Made by a program: the position numbers and the translations under genes. From positions 1 to 28,623 of the forward strand of contig CALHDG010000077.1 of assembly GCA_938023075.1 (NCBI GenBank): 28,623 bases of DNA, in the 5' to 3' direction. The notes beneath the pieces were generated by a model, which saw only the letters and a list, made by a program, of their open reading frames with translations, searched no databases and was not told the origin of the DNA. This document shows positions 1 through 7,538 of this stretch, in pieces. The stretch comes from an uncultured Chitinophagales bacterium. Lineage in GTDB: Bacteria; Bacteroidota; Bacteroidia; Chitinophagales; JAHDHT01. Each line of letters begins with the position of its first letter. Positions within the stretch are counted from its first letter, which is position 1.

Positions 1-136
1 ACGCTATTGTAGGGAAATTTGGTCGCTTGCTCAGCTAAAAAAGCTATTGATTTGGGCTGCTTAACCCCACTTAGTCAATAAATGAATATGATAAATTTAT
101 ACTTGTGGCAGTTGGTATATACATGCGGATATAAGG

Positions 137-174
137 TGCAATCGGGGCTAGTTGGCAAACGTCGGTTCTTCGTA
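137..174 (+). repeat. Partial third copy of the family-2 intergenic element (3' arm only). It shares 'tgcaatcggggctagtt...aaacgtcggt.cttcgta' with the reverse complement of copy B (22461-22510) and its flank.
   Basis: 17-nt exact match 'tgcaatcggggctagtt' at 137-153 to the reverse complement of copy B at 22494-22510. The further match 'aacgtcggtNcttcgta' at 158-174 aligns to the reverse complement of 22468-22484. Seen directly by alignment by eye. Confidence 0.5.
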
Positions 175-323
175 CACCGAAAAATGACAACACTCGATAT
201 CCTAAATATTCGTACCACAACTGTCAGTTAAACTTACAAGTTGTAAATTTTCAAAAGATTTTTTGGATTAATTTACTTAAGTTTCGGCAGTAAAGTAATA
301 TTCGAAGTTGTCCTTAAAATTCT

Positions 324-394
324 GTCATTTCGAATGAAATGAGAAATCTTCCCCCTAAATTCAAAGAAAAGTAGGGGTTTATGTAAGATTTCTC
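324..394. other. Two adjacent hairpins in the non-coding leader. The first is tcatttc-gaat-gaaatga. The second is a long imperfect hairpin, gagaaatctt/ccccct...agggg/aagatttctc.
   Basis: Inverted repeats read directly: 341-350 'gagaaatctt' pairs with 385-394 'aagatttctc', and 351-356 'ccccct' pairs with 373-377 'agggg'. The smaller palindrome is at 324-341. Confidence 0.35.
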
Positions 395-632
395 CCTTCG
401 GTCGAGATGACAAGTTTTATTCTAGACAATTTAAACTACTTGAAAAGCATCACAAAAACAAAATTTTAAGTAAAACAATAAATATTGAATCTTTACAAAT
501 AGTTAAAAATCATAAACTTAAAAAAATAGCTACTACCGAAACTTCAGTTAATTTATTTTTGTAGCATTCCAATGCTAAAATCAACTAATATTTTTTAAAT
601 TTGATGTATATATAAAAATCAATAGATAAAAT

Positions 633-1685
633 ATGAGCCAAATAAAAGGACCGGCTATTTTTCTTGCTCAATTTGTAGATAATAAACCACCATTTAACAG
701 TTTAGAAGGCATATGTAAATGGGCTGCTGATTTAGGGTACAAAGGTATTCAAATACCCACTTGGGAAGGCTTTTTAATTGATTTAGATAAGGCGGCAGAA
801 AGCAAAACCTATTGCGACGAATTGAAGGGAACTGTAGAAAACTTTGGTTTAGCAATCACCGAATTATCAACTCATTTGCAAGGACAATTGGTGGCAGTTA
901 ATCCTGCCTATGACGTTCAATTTGATAATTTTTGTCCAGCTAATATAAAAGGTAATTCTAAAGCCAGAACTGAGTGGGCAATCGACCAAGTTAAAAAAGC
1001 GATTGTTGCCAGTAATCATATGGGTATTGATGTACACGCTACATTTTCTGGTGCCTTGATGTGGCATACCATGTACCCTTGGCCCCAACGCCCAAGTGGA
1101 TTAGTTGAACAAGGGTTTAAAGCCTTAGCCGAAAGATGGTTATCTATTTTGGATGTTGCTAAAGATAAAGGCGTAGATATTTGTTATGAAATTCATCCTG
1201 GAGAAGATTTGCATGATGGTATTACTTTCGAAATGTTTTTGGAAGCTACCAATAATCATAAAGCTGTAAATATGTTGTACGATCCAAGCCATTTTGAACT
1301 GCAACAATTAGATTATTTGGCATACATTGATCATTATCATGAGTTTATTAAGATGTTTCATGTAAAAGATGCCGAGTTTAATCCTACCGGTAAAAGTGGC
1401 GTGTATGGAGGTTATCAAAATTGGGTTAACCGTCCTGGCAGGTTCCGTTCTTTGGGTGATGGACACATTGATTTTACGTCCATTTTTTCGAAGCTAACGC
1501 AATATGGTTATGATGGTTGGGCAGTCATGGAGTGGGAGTGTTGTTTGAAATCATCGGAACAAGGAGCTGCCGAAGGTGCACCCTTTATTCAACAACACCT
1601 AATTAATGTAGCCGGTAAACAATTTGATGATTTTGCCGGTGGCGATACGGATGAGCAGCTCAATAAGACAATTCTCGGAATTTAG
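633..1685 (+). CDS. Sugar phosphate isomerase/epimerase (xylose-isomerase-like TIM-barrel family)
   Basis: 350-aa ORF with an ATG start at 633 preceded by an AT-rich leader. Family-typical motifs are visible, such as 'DICYEIHPGEDLHDG' and 'DGWAVMEWEC' (metal-binding Glu/His/Asp residues of the AP-endonuclease-2/xylose-isomerase-like fold). Its neighbour is a DUF1080 gene. Confidence 0.7.
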   Translation: MSQIKGPAIFLAQFVDNKPPFNSLEGICKWAADLGYKGIQIPTWEGFLIDLDKAAESKTYCDELKGTVENFGLAITELSTHLQGQLVAVNPAYDVQFDNFCPANIKGNSKARTEWAIDQVKKAIVASNHMGIDVHATFSGALMWHTMYPWPQRPSGLVEQGFKALAERWLSILDVAKDKGVDICYEIHPGEDLHDGITFEMFLEATNNHKAVNMLYDPSHFELQQLDYLAYIDHYHEFIKMFHVKDAEFNPTGKSGVYGGYQNWVNRPGRFRSLGDGHIDFTSIFSKLTQYGYDGWAVMEWECCLKSSEQGAAEGAPFIQQHLINVAGKQFDDFAGGDTDEQLNKTILGI

Positions 1686-1768
1686 TTTGATGACTATATG
1701 GCACTTATTTTTTGGAGAACAATGGAACAAAAGGAAATCCGAACCTATTCCCCTTCACTTGTGAAGAG

Positions 1769-1800
1769 CCTGTGCCGATACTTCGGCAGGTGGGCTTTTT
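1769..1800 (+). terminator. Candidate rho-independent terminator after the isomerase gene
   Basis: Stem tgccga(1773-1778)/tcggca(1783-1788) with loop 'tact', followed by 'ggtgggcttttt'. It is preceded by a second small hairpin, cttcac-tt-gtgaag (1753-1766). Confidence 0.4.
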
Positions 1801-1862
1801 CGAAAGAAGAAGGTCGGGGTAGTTTTAAATCTATACGTAATTAATTTTTTTAAAATACAAAC

Positions 1863-2588
1863 ATGAAATACATAACTTTTTTATGCGCCATATTTATAGC
1901 TTTCAACGCTTATTGCCAAATTACCAAACCCGAAGTAACGGAAGTGTGGCAACCGGAGCCACGCGTAGTGCAAGCAGCTAAAAATGAACCACCCTCAGAT
2001 GCGGTTATTTTGTTTGATGGTAAAAACTTAGATACCTGGGAATCCATAAAAGAAGGACCTGCCCAATGGACTATTGAAGATGACCATTTCACTGTGATAA
2101 AAGGCACAGGAGACATACAAACCAAAGAACATTTTGGCAGTGTACAATTGCACTTAGAATGGAGAACGCCAACCATTATAGAAGGGGAAGGACAAGGCAG
2201 AGGCAACAGTGGGGTGTTTTTTCAAAACCGCTATGAAGTACAAATATTAGACAGTTATCAAAACCGCACTTACAGCAATGGACAAGCCGGCTCGGTATAC
2301 AAGCAACACAGCCCCTTAGTAAACGCCATGCGTGCCCCCGGCAAATGGCAAGTATATGATATTATTTTTACGCAACCTATTTTCAACAAAGACAGTATGA
2401 AGATAAGCCCGGGCTACTTAACGGTTTTTCATAATGGGGTATTAATACAAAACCACGTGGAAGTATATGGAACTACCGAATATATAGGTATGCCCAAAAA
2501 CCTCGCTCACGGGGAAGGACCTATCCAATTGCAAGATCATGGTAATCCGGTTAGCTATCGGAATATTTGGGTTCGGCGGTTGGATTAG
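1863..2588 (+). CDS. DUF1080 (3-keto-disaccharide/3-keto-glycoside hydrolase-like, concanavalin-type beta-sandwich) secreted protein
   Basis: 241 aa. There is an N-terminal signal peptide (MKYITFLCAIFIAFNAYCQ). Family-typical segments include 'WTIEDDHFTVIKGTGDIQTKEHFGSVQLHLEWR', 'NSGVFFQNRYEVQILDSY' and 'GPIQLQDHGNPVSYRNIWVRRL'. The sugar-phosphate-isomerase neighbour is the pairing known from Bacteroides 3-keto-glucoside loci. Confidence 0.7.
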   Translation: MKYITFLCAIFIAFNAYCQITKPEVTEVWQPEPRVVQAAKNEPPSDAVILFDGKNLDTWESIKEGPAQWTIEDDHFTVIKGTGDIQTKEHFGSVQLHLEWRTPTIIEGEGQGRGNSGVFFQNRYEVQILDSYQNRTYSNGQAGSVYKQHSPLVNAMRAPGKWQVYDIIFTQPIFNKDSMKISPGYLTVFHNGVLIQNHVEVYGTTEYIGMPKNLAHGEGPIQLQDHGNPVSYRNIWVRRLD

Positions 2589-2603
2589 GAGTTATTGATA
2601 AAT

Positions 2604-3512
2604 TCAGCTCCCTGTTTTCTTAGTACCATCTATCTTTCTCTTATATTTATCAAATTGGTTGATGCCTTTATCCACTTTTTCCATTATTTTTTTGGAGTTG
2701 AATTTTTTATCCATCAGAAGTTCTATGATCTCACTAATTTTTAAATTTTTAATCGTTCTTGAATAATCTTTATATCTTTTTTTAGTAGCTGTAATCACAA
2801 TATGACCTGATCTTTCAACCGTAGCTTTTAAAAATCCATTTTTATCGGTGTAATGAATTTCGCCATCAATGCTCACTTCCACATCTTCTAAAAGCTTCCC
2901 ATTTTCACTGTTTTCTTGGGCAACAAATTTTAAAACTATTTCTGTCTTTTCGGTAAGTACGATTTCTAAGGCTCTTTTACCATCTTGATAAATTAATTTT
3001 TGTGAGTAATCATTATAACCCTCCTTGCCCACAGTAATTAAAATAGGGTCACCTGTTAAATAGCGAGGATCTGTAATTGGTATAAATTTAAATCCATATT
3101 CATCTGTCCAATGTTCTTGCCCGTTTACATTAATTCTGGCATCTTTTATCATGGTTTTATTAATTGAATTTTCGAAAATCATAAACCATAAACCCTGCTT
3201 GTTTGAGGGGTTGATGTTAAATTGCCCTAAAGACCCTTCAGGATTGGCAAATACCGATTCTCGCGTTATGTAATCATATCCTTCCTTTAAAAAACAAAGA
3301 TTCAACTTCATGTTTCTAAAACGTCCGTCAATTACAAATTTGCCTTCTGTATCCGTATAGGTTTCTATTCCACAACTGAGTAAAACAACTTTTACATTGG
3401 GCAATCCTTCTTTTTCAATTTCTGAAAAAACATAGCCGTACAGTTGGTCGTGCTGAGCAAAAGAACATAAGCTTAAATTAATAGTAAAAAGGATAATCAG
3501 TAAATTTTTCAT
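2604..3512 (-). CDS. Secreted protein made of three carboxypeptidase-regulatory-like (CarbopepD_reg) beta-sandwich repeats. It is the downstream partner of the TIR membrane protein.
   Basis: 302 aa with a signal peptide (MKNLLIILFTINLSLCSFAQ). There are three repeats, each with the YTDxxGxF signature: 'YTDTEGKFVIDG', 'WTDEYGFKFIPI' and 'YTDKNGFLKATV'. The ATG lies 5 nt after the stop of the TIR gene on the same strand. Confidence 0.55.
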   Translation of the reverse strand: MKNLLIILFTINLSLCSFAQHDQLYGYVFSEIEKEGLPNVKVVLLSCGIETYTDTEGKFVIDGRFRNMKLNLCFLKEGYDYITRESVFANPEGSLGQFNINPSNKQGLWFMIFENSINKTMIKDARINVNGQEHWTDEYGFKFIPITDPRYLTGDPILITVGKEGYNDYSQKLIYQDGKRALEIVLTEKTEIVLKFVAQENSENGKLLEDVEVSIDGEIHYTDKNGFLKATVERSGHIVITATKKRYKDYSRTIKNLKISEIIELLMDKKFNSKKIMEKVDKGINQFDKYKRKIDGTKKTGS

Positions 3513-3517
3513 AAATT

Positions 3518-4537
3518 TTATATTTTAATGTCTATTCTATTATTGCATACTTTTTTCCATCTTTCGTATAAGCTACCCTTATATTTTATTGTGAGAAGTA
3601 TTTGTTTACCCTCAATATTGTCAAGTAATTGAATTGAAAATTTTCCTATCTTATTAACAATACAAACTAAGTCTTCTTCATCATCAAACATAATAGTTGC
3701 ACCGGTTGCTGGTTGATTGTTGGCTTCTAACTTAACCGAGCCTTTTTGTTTACAAAATGAAGTTTCTGTTTTAGGATGAACTTTATTTACAGGAGACTTA
3801 GGGAATGGAATATTTTCACTTACTTGTTTTGGAATTTCCTTTTCAGTTGCTTTATTATCTACAATATTGTTAGTGATTTCTGTAGGTTTAGAATTTTGTA
3901 GTATTTGATTTTGTTCATTAGTTGAAGTTACTTCTCGTTCGGTAATGGCAATCGGTTTTTCTGCAACTGTATCAAGTTTAGTCATCATTTCTTTAAACAC
4001 GTCTTGTGAAAGAAATAGAAATAGGCAAATAATAGATATGAAAATGCTCATCTTCAATATAAATAAGATTTTTGGGGAAAATGGTGGTTTACATTCAATT
4101 TGATTGATCAACTTTTTTAATCCATCTAAAACATTTAACCAAGCTGCATCTTTATCATCCCAAGTAGAAATGGGTTTTGCGTGGGTTGGTAAAGCCTGAA
4201 ATTGATGAAGAGCTAATGACTCAAAATCACAAATTCGAGCTATAATAGGTACAATTATAACTTCGCGTTTATTATATCTTTTAATTGCCTTATTAATTTC
4301 AATATCATTAATATAATCTGAATTAATAAAATCAGAACTGACTAAAAAAATGATGATGTCAGCAATTTGTAACTGTTTTTTCACCGCTTTATCCCAAGGC
4401 ATACCGGGTAAAATTTCATTATCACTCCAATGTTCAATTAAACCTGATCGTTCTAAACCGGTAAGATGTTTCACCAATGCTTCATAATATTGGCGATCTT
4501 CACTTGAATACGATATGAATATTTTTCGTTTGTACAT
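3518..4537 (-). CDS. TIR-domain (TIR_2-like) single-pass membrane protein. The layout is an N-terminal cytoplasmic TIR domain, one TM helix, a low-complexity linker and a small extracytoplasmic beta-sandwich-like C-terminal domain.
   Basis: 339 aa. The N-terminus 'KIFISYSSEDRQYYEALVKHL...IADIIIFLVSSDFINSDYINDIEINKAIKRYNKREVIIVPII' is a classic bacterial TIR signature (FISYS start, SxxY..DIE helix with a candidate catalytic Glu). A hydrophobic helix 'ILFILKMSIFISIICLFLFLS' lies around residues 155-178. A T/N/K/E/P-rich linker follows. The C-terminus contains 'VNKIGKFSIQLLDN', which resembles the GKF motif of CarbopepD_reg domains. The region is AT-rich. Confidence 0.7.
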   Translation of the reverse strand: MYKRKIFISYSSEDRQYYEALVKHLTGLERSGLIEHWSDNEILPGMPWDKAVKKQLQIADIIIFLVSSDFINSDYINDIEINKAIKRYNKREVIIVPIIARICDFESLALHQFQALPTHAKPISTWDDKDAAWLNVLDGLKKLINQIECKPPFSPKILFILKMSIFISIICLFLFLSQDVFKEMMTKLDTVAEKPIAITEREVTSTNEQNQILQNSKPTEITNNIVDNKATEKEIPKQVSENIPFPKSPVNKVHPKTETSFCKQKGSVKLEANNQPATGATIMFDDEEDLVCIVNKIGKFSIQLLDNIEGKQILLTIKYKGSLYERWKKVCNNRIDIKI

Positions 4538-4776
4538 ATTTTTCGCATTAAAGATAAATCAAATATTTAGATTAAGCTATTAATCTCATCATTTACGTTT
4601 TAAGATGCCTGTAATTTTATATCAAATAAATAGTGATTACAAAACTAAAACTTAGACATTTGTATCTCTTAATTAATACACGAATGGTAGGTTTGAGATG
4701 ATGAATGGTAAGCAGGGTGTTTTAATTTGATAGTCTAATAAAGTTACAAGCAAATTCTAACCTATGAAGAACTTAC

Positions 4777-5529
4777 CTACGCCCCAATCAAACCGGGCTT
4801 TAACTCATTTACAAAAGCTACCAGAAAATCGAATTCGTGCAACTCTTTATCTACTATCGTATGGTTATAGGCTACCACATCTAAATCAATGGTTCGGGGC
4901 GCATTTTTGTTGCCGATTCTTACTCTGCCTAAGCGATGTTCAATCTTTTTTAGTTCACGAATCAATTGCTCGTAAGATAATTGGGTTTGTAAGACCACGG
5001 CACCATTTAAAAAATCGGGTTGATCTAAATATTTTAAAGGCTTGGTGAAAATAAAATCCGTTTGTTGACTAATGTCGCCCAACTCCGTTAAGGCAAGCAA
5101 CGTTTTATCTTTATTTTCGGTTGGATTAATGTTAGAGCCAATGCTAATAATGGCTTCGTTATAACGATCTTGATCATCTATCTCCACCAACACATTATCA
5201 CAAAACCGAAGCGCGTGTGGTTTTTCAACCTTTACTATAACATCAAATACGTAAGGGTTTTCTTTTATGTAGGTCCATATAATTTCAGCTACCGTTTCAA
5301 TTAAGGCAAATTTTTGATGTTCAATTTTGGCAATAATGGCTTTGGTAATGGTTTTATAATTAACGGTTTCGGCTTCGCTATCGGTTTCCACAGCACGGGC
5401 AGCGTTATGTTTAAACGAAAAACTGATTACTAAGTCTTGCATCTTTTTGGTTTCCCAATCATTAAAACCGATGTAACAACGCAAGCGCAGTTTCTCTACT
5501 TGTACTTTTGTAATTTTTAATGGTTTCAT
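4777..5529 (-). CDS. folBK: Bifunctional dihydroneopterin aldolase (FolB) / 6-hydroxymethyl-7,8-dihydropterin pyrophosphokinase (FolK)
   Basis: The N-terminal half aligns to E. coli FolB ('IGFNDWETKKMQDLVISFSF', 'FALIETVAEII'). The C-terminal half aligns to HPPK ('IISIGSNINP', 'QPDFLNGAVVLQTQLS', 'RWGPRTIDLDVV'-like 'NAPRTIDLDVV'). Confidence 0.85.
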   Translation of the reverse strand: MKPLKITKVQVEKLRLRCYIGFNDWETKKMQDLVISFSFKHNAARAVETDSEAETVNYKTITKAIIAKIEHQKFALIETVAEIIWTYIKENPYVFDVIVKVEKPHALRFCDNVLVEIDDQDRYNEAIISIGSNINPTENKDKTLLALTELGDISQQTDFIFTKPLKYLDQPDFLNGAVVLQTQLSYEQLIRELKKIEHRLGRVRIGNKNAPRTIDLDVVAYNHTIVDKELHEFDFLVAFVNELKPGLIGA

Positions 5530-5532
5530 AGT

Positions 5533-6243
5533 CTACAAATTTTCCCCTCCATCTACATAAATTATTTGACCGGTAAGAAAGGCATTTTCTACAAACAATT
5601 TTACCGTATTTTGTATTTGTTTTAAATTGCCTATAGTTTGCAAGGGTATAGTTTTAGCTTTTGCTCTTAAGTAATCCATATTTTGATCGGGTGGTGGTAA
5701 AATTAATCCCGGTCCAATGGCATTTACTCTAAAATGAGGAGCTAATTCGTAAGCCGCTATTTTAGTAAACTCTTTTAATAATTTTTTACTTAAGATATAA
5801 TCTAAGTGAATGGTGTCATTATCTTCTGCTTTGGTATCTAATAAATTAATAATTAAGCCGCCCTTTTTTGTTTGAGCAAAAGCCTTGGTTAAGGTATAGG
5901 CACTTTTAAAGGTAATATTAAAATGATGATGCAACCAATCGTCAGTTGGGGTATTAAAATCGGAAGGGGTAAAATCAGAGGCATTATTCACCAATATCTG
6001 GAGATCAAAATTTGGGTCGATTTGATTCAGCACTTGAACATCAATTGCATCTTCTTTAAAATTAATAGGTAATAACTGACATTGCACACCAAGTTCTTCA
6101 ATTTCTTTTTTAGTGCTGTTTGCCTTATCAACAGATCGGTTATAATGTAATATAATATGATAACCTAAGTTGGCTAATTGTAAGGCAATGGCTTTGCCAA
6201 TTCTATCAGAACCTCCGGTAACTAATGCTGCTTTATTGCTCAT
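5533..6243 (-). CDS. Short-chain dehydrogenase/reductase, pteridine-reductase (FolM/PTR1-like) candidate
   Basis: N-terminal Rossmann motif 'ALVTGGSDRIGKAIA', 'HYNRS' and a YxxxK motif ('YILSK'). It lies 3 nt upstream of folBK on the same strand, which suggests an operon. Confidence 0.65.
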   Translation of the reverse strand: MSNKAALVTGGSDRIGKAIALQLANLGYHIILHYNRSVDKANSTKKEIEELGVQCQLLPINFKEDAIDVQVLNQIDPNFDLQILVNNASDFTPSDFNTPTDDWLHHHFNITFKSAYTLTKAFAQTKKGGLIINLLDTKAEDNDTIHLDYILSKKLLKEFTKIAAYELAPHFRVNAIGPGLILPPPDQNMDYLRAKAKTIPLQTIGNLKQIQNTVKLFVENAFLTGQIIYVDGGENL

Positions 6244-6311
6244 TGTTTATTAATCTAGTCAATATTTCAAATGGACAAAATAAGCTAAAAATTCAGAATT
6301 AGGAATGATGA

Positions 6312-6457
6312 GAAAATAAATTTACCATCTATGACAAAGCAATTTTTTGATAGACGAGGCGAAAAACGCAGTCTTAGTGGGGCTAAGACGAGGCTTTTCA
6401 ACGAAGTATATCGGAAAATTGCAAAGTCAGAATGTAAATTTATTTTTTTCTCATTCC
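6312..6457 (+). mobile_element. MITE-like dispersed repeat, family 1, copy 1 (~145 bp, terminal inverted repeats 'gagaaaataaattta' ... 'taaatttattttt')
   Basis: Near-identical (~90%) to the reverse complement of 21505-21650. The core is 'tttttgatagacgaggcgaaaaacgcagtcttagtggggctaagacgaggcttttcaacgaagtatatcgg'. Imperfect terminal inverted repeats at 6301-6326 and 6439-6466. The element is intergenic between divergent genes. Confidence 0.7.
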
Positions 6458-6525
6458 TTAGAGAAAAGTACCTTTTATCATTCCATAGTTTAATTTAGGT
6501 AAAAACTTTTTTGCCTGTCAAGAAA

Positions 6526-7494
6526 ATGTTTTCTTTGAAAAGTATGAGAGCCAAAGCCTTATTTCACATCAATGCACATCAGTCAACTATACAAGAAGTG
6601 AAGTTGCCGGCGGCAGATGATAGGGTGATTATTCAATCGCTGTATTCTATGATAAGTACCGGTACAGAATTAACAGTAGCCAAAGGTGAAATAGCTAATC
6701 AATTTGCCGATCGAATGGCAGTACCTTATATGGAAGGTAGTTTTTTGCTCCCAATAAAGTATGGTTATTCTATGGTAGGCAAGGTTCTCTCAAGCGGAAA
6801 ATATCAAAATAAAATAGTGCATTTATTGCATCCTCATCAAAATGAATGTGTAGTTAAGTTGGAAGATTTGATGCTTGTTCCCAATGAGTTACCTCCCTTA
6901 CGAGCGGCTTTAACCAGTAATATGGAAACGGTAGTTAATGCGATTTGGGATAGTGAGTTGAGTGCCGGGCAAACTGCAGTTGTTTGTGGCTTTGGCAACA
7001 TTGGTAGCTTATTGGCAGAAACGTTACGCATACATTTTCAGGTTGAAGTGATGGTTTTAGAAAAAAATGAATGGCGGATAAACAAAGCACGTCAATTGGG
7101 TTTTCGGGTAAATGAATCTATTCAAACATCATTGGCTTTTCATACCACCGGTACCGAAAAGGGTTTACAAACTTGTATTGACTTAGTTGAAAAAGAAGGA
7201 AAAATAATTGAGCTGAGTTGGTATGGTAATAAGCAAGTAAACCTTCAATTGGGTGGAAGTTTTCATTATGATCGAAAACAAATTATTAGCTCACAGGTCT
7301 CTTCTATTCCATTAAAAAAACAAAGTGAATGGAATTTTGCGAAACGAAAACAATATGTTTTTGAATTATTATCTGCCTCAGCGTATGATGCCTATATTAG
7401 TCAACTCATTCCTTTTGAAGAAAGTGCTCAATTTTTTAATCATTTAAGAAAAAATGATAACCCTGAAGGTTTGATATGGTGCATCCAATACTAG
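6526..7494 (+). CDS. MDR-type (alcohol-dehydrogenase-like) NAD(P)-binding dehydrogenase lacking the canonical zinc Cys ligands
   Basis: Rossmann GxGxxG 'VVCGFGNIGSLLAE'. No CGxCHSD-type Zn motif is visible. The six-frame track starts at a TTG at 6511, and the first in-frame ATG is 6526 (MFSLKS...). It is followed by a PTPS-like gene. Confidence 0.5.
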   Translation: MFSLKSMRAKALFHINAHQSTIQEVKLPAADDRVIIQSLYSMISTGTELTVAKGEIANQFADRMAVPYMEGSFLLPIKYGYSMVGKVLSSGKYQNKIVHLLHPHQNECVVKLEDLMLVPNELPPLRAALTSNMETVVNAIWDSELSAGQTAVVCGFGNIGSLLAETLRIHFQVEVMVLEKNEWRINKARQLGFRVNESIQTSLAFHTTGTEKGLQTCIDLVEKEGKIIELSWYGNKQVNLQLGGSFHYDRKQIISSQVSSIPLKKQSEWNFAKRKQYVFELLSASAYDAYISQLIPFEESAQFFNHLRKNDNPEGLIWCIQY

Positions 7495-7538
7495 TATAAA
7501 AAGCATCTTATAAAAAGAAATTGAAAACCAGTTAATTT

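Noticed and set aside
82-231. 49-aa ORF (MNMINLYLWQLVYTCGYKVQSGLVGKRRFFVHRKMTTLDILNIRTTTVS) at the window start
   Set aside because: It is overlapped by the partial family-2 repeat (137-174). There are no motifs. It is too short and AT-rich to call.
867-1088. Small antisense ORFs nested inside larger genes (867-1088, 1910-2206, 4764-5048, 6837-7031, 7491-7745, 8283-8480, 8530-8742, 8748-8957, 9076-9273, 10755-10967, 11240-11437, 11480-11752, 12718-12975, 13033-13236, 13573-13848, 14488-14700, 16748-16970, 18109-18351, 18559-18926, 20242-20445, 20756-21289, 22111-22293, 25032-25217, 26028-26222)
   Set aside because: Each lies fully within, or antisense to, a longer ORF that has clear family motifs. 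They have no start context of their own and only low-complexity translations. They are treated as spurious frame artefacts.
2604-4537. TIR module as part of a prophage or integrative element
   Set aside because: No integrase, transposase, tRNA target site or flanking direct repeats were found within the window. Only the AT-skewed composition hints at horizontal origin.
6312-6457. Family-1 repeat, considered as a possible tRNA, small RNA gene or IS element
   Set aside because: No cloverleaf or tRNA-like T-arm is visible. The element is too short for an IS and carries no transposase ORF. MITE-like or REP-like is the more economical reading. An sRNA function cannot be excluded.
6511-6525. TTG-initiated N-terminal extensions suggested by the six-frame track (6511, 11712, 22688; also the 14-codon MFYDIIVYINQFVN extension of susC at 18207-18248)
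   Set aside because: In each case an in-frame ATG lies a few codons downstream. For 11706, 18206 and 22706 that ATG gives the expected signal peptide or conserved N-terminus. For 6526 the choice rests only on preferring the first ATG over the TTG. The shorter starts are preferred.
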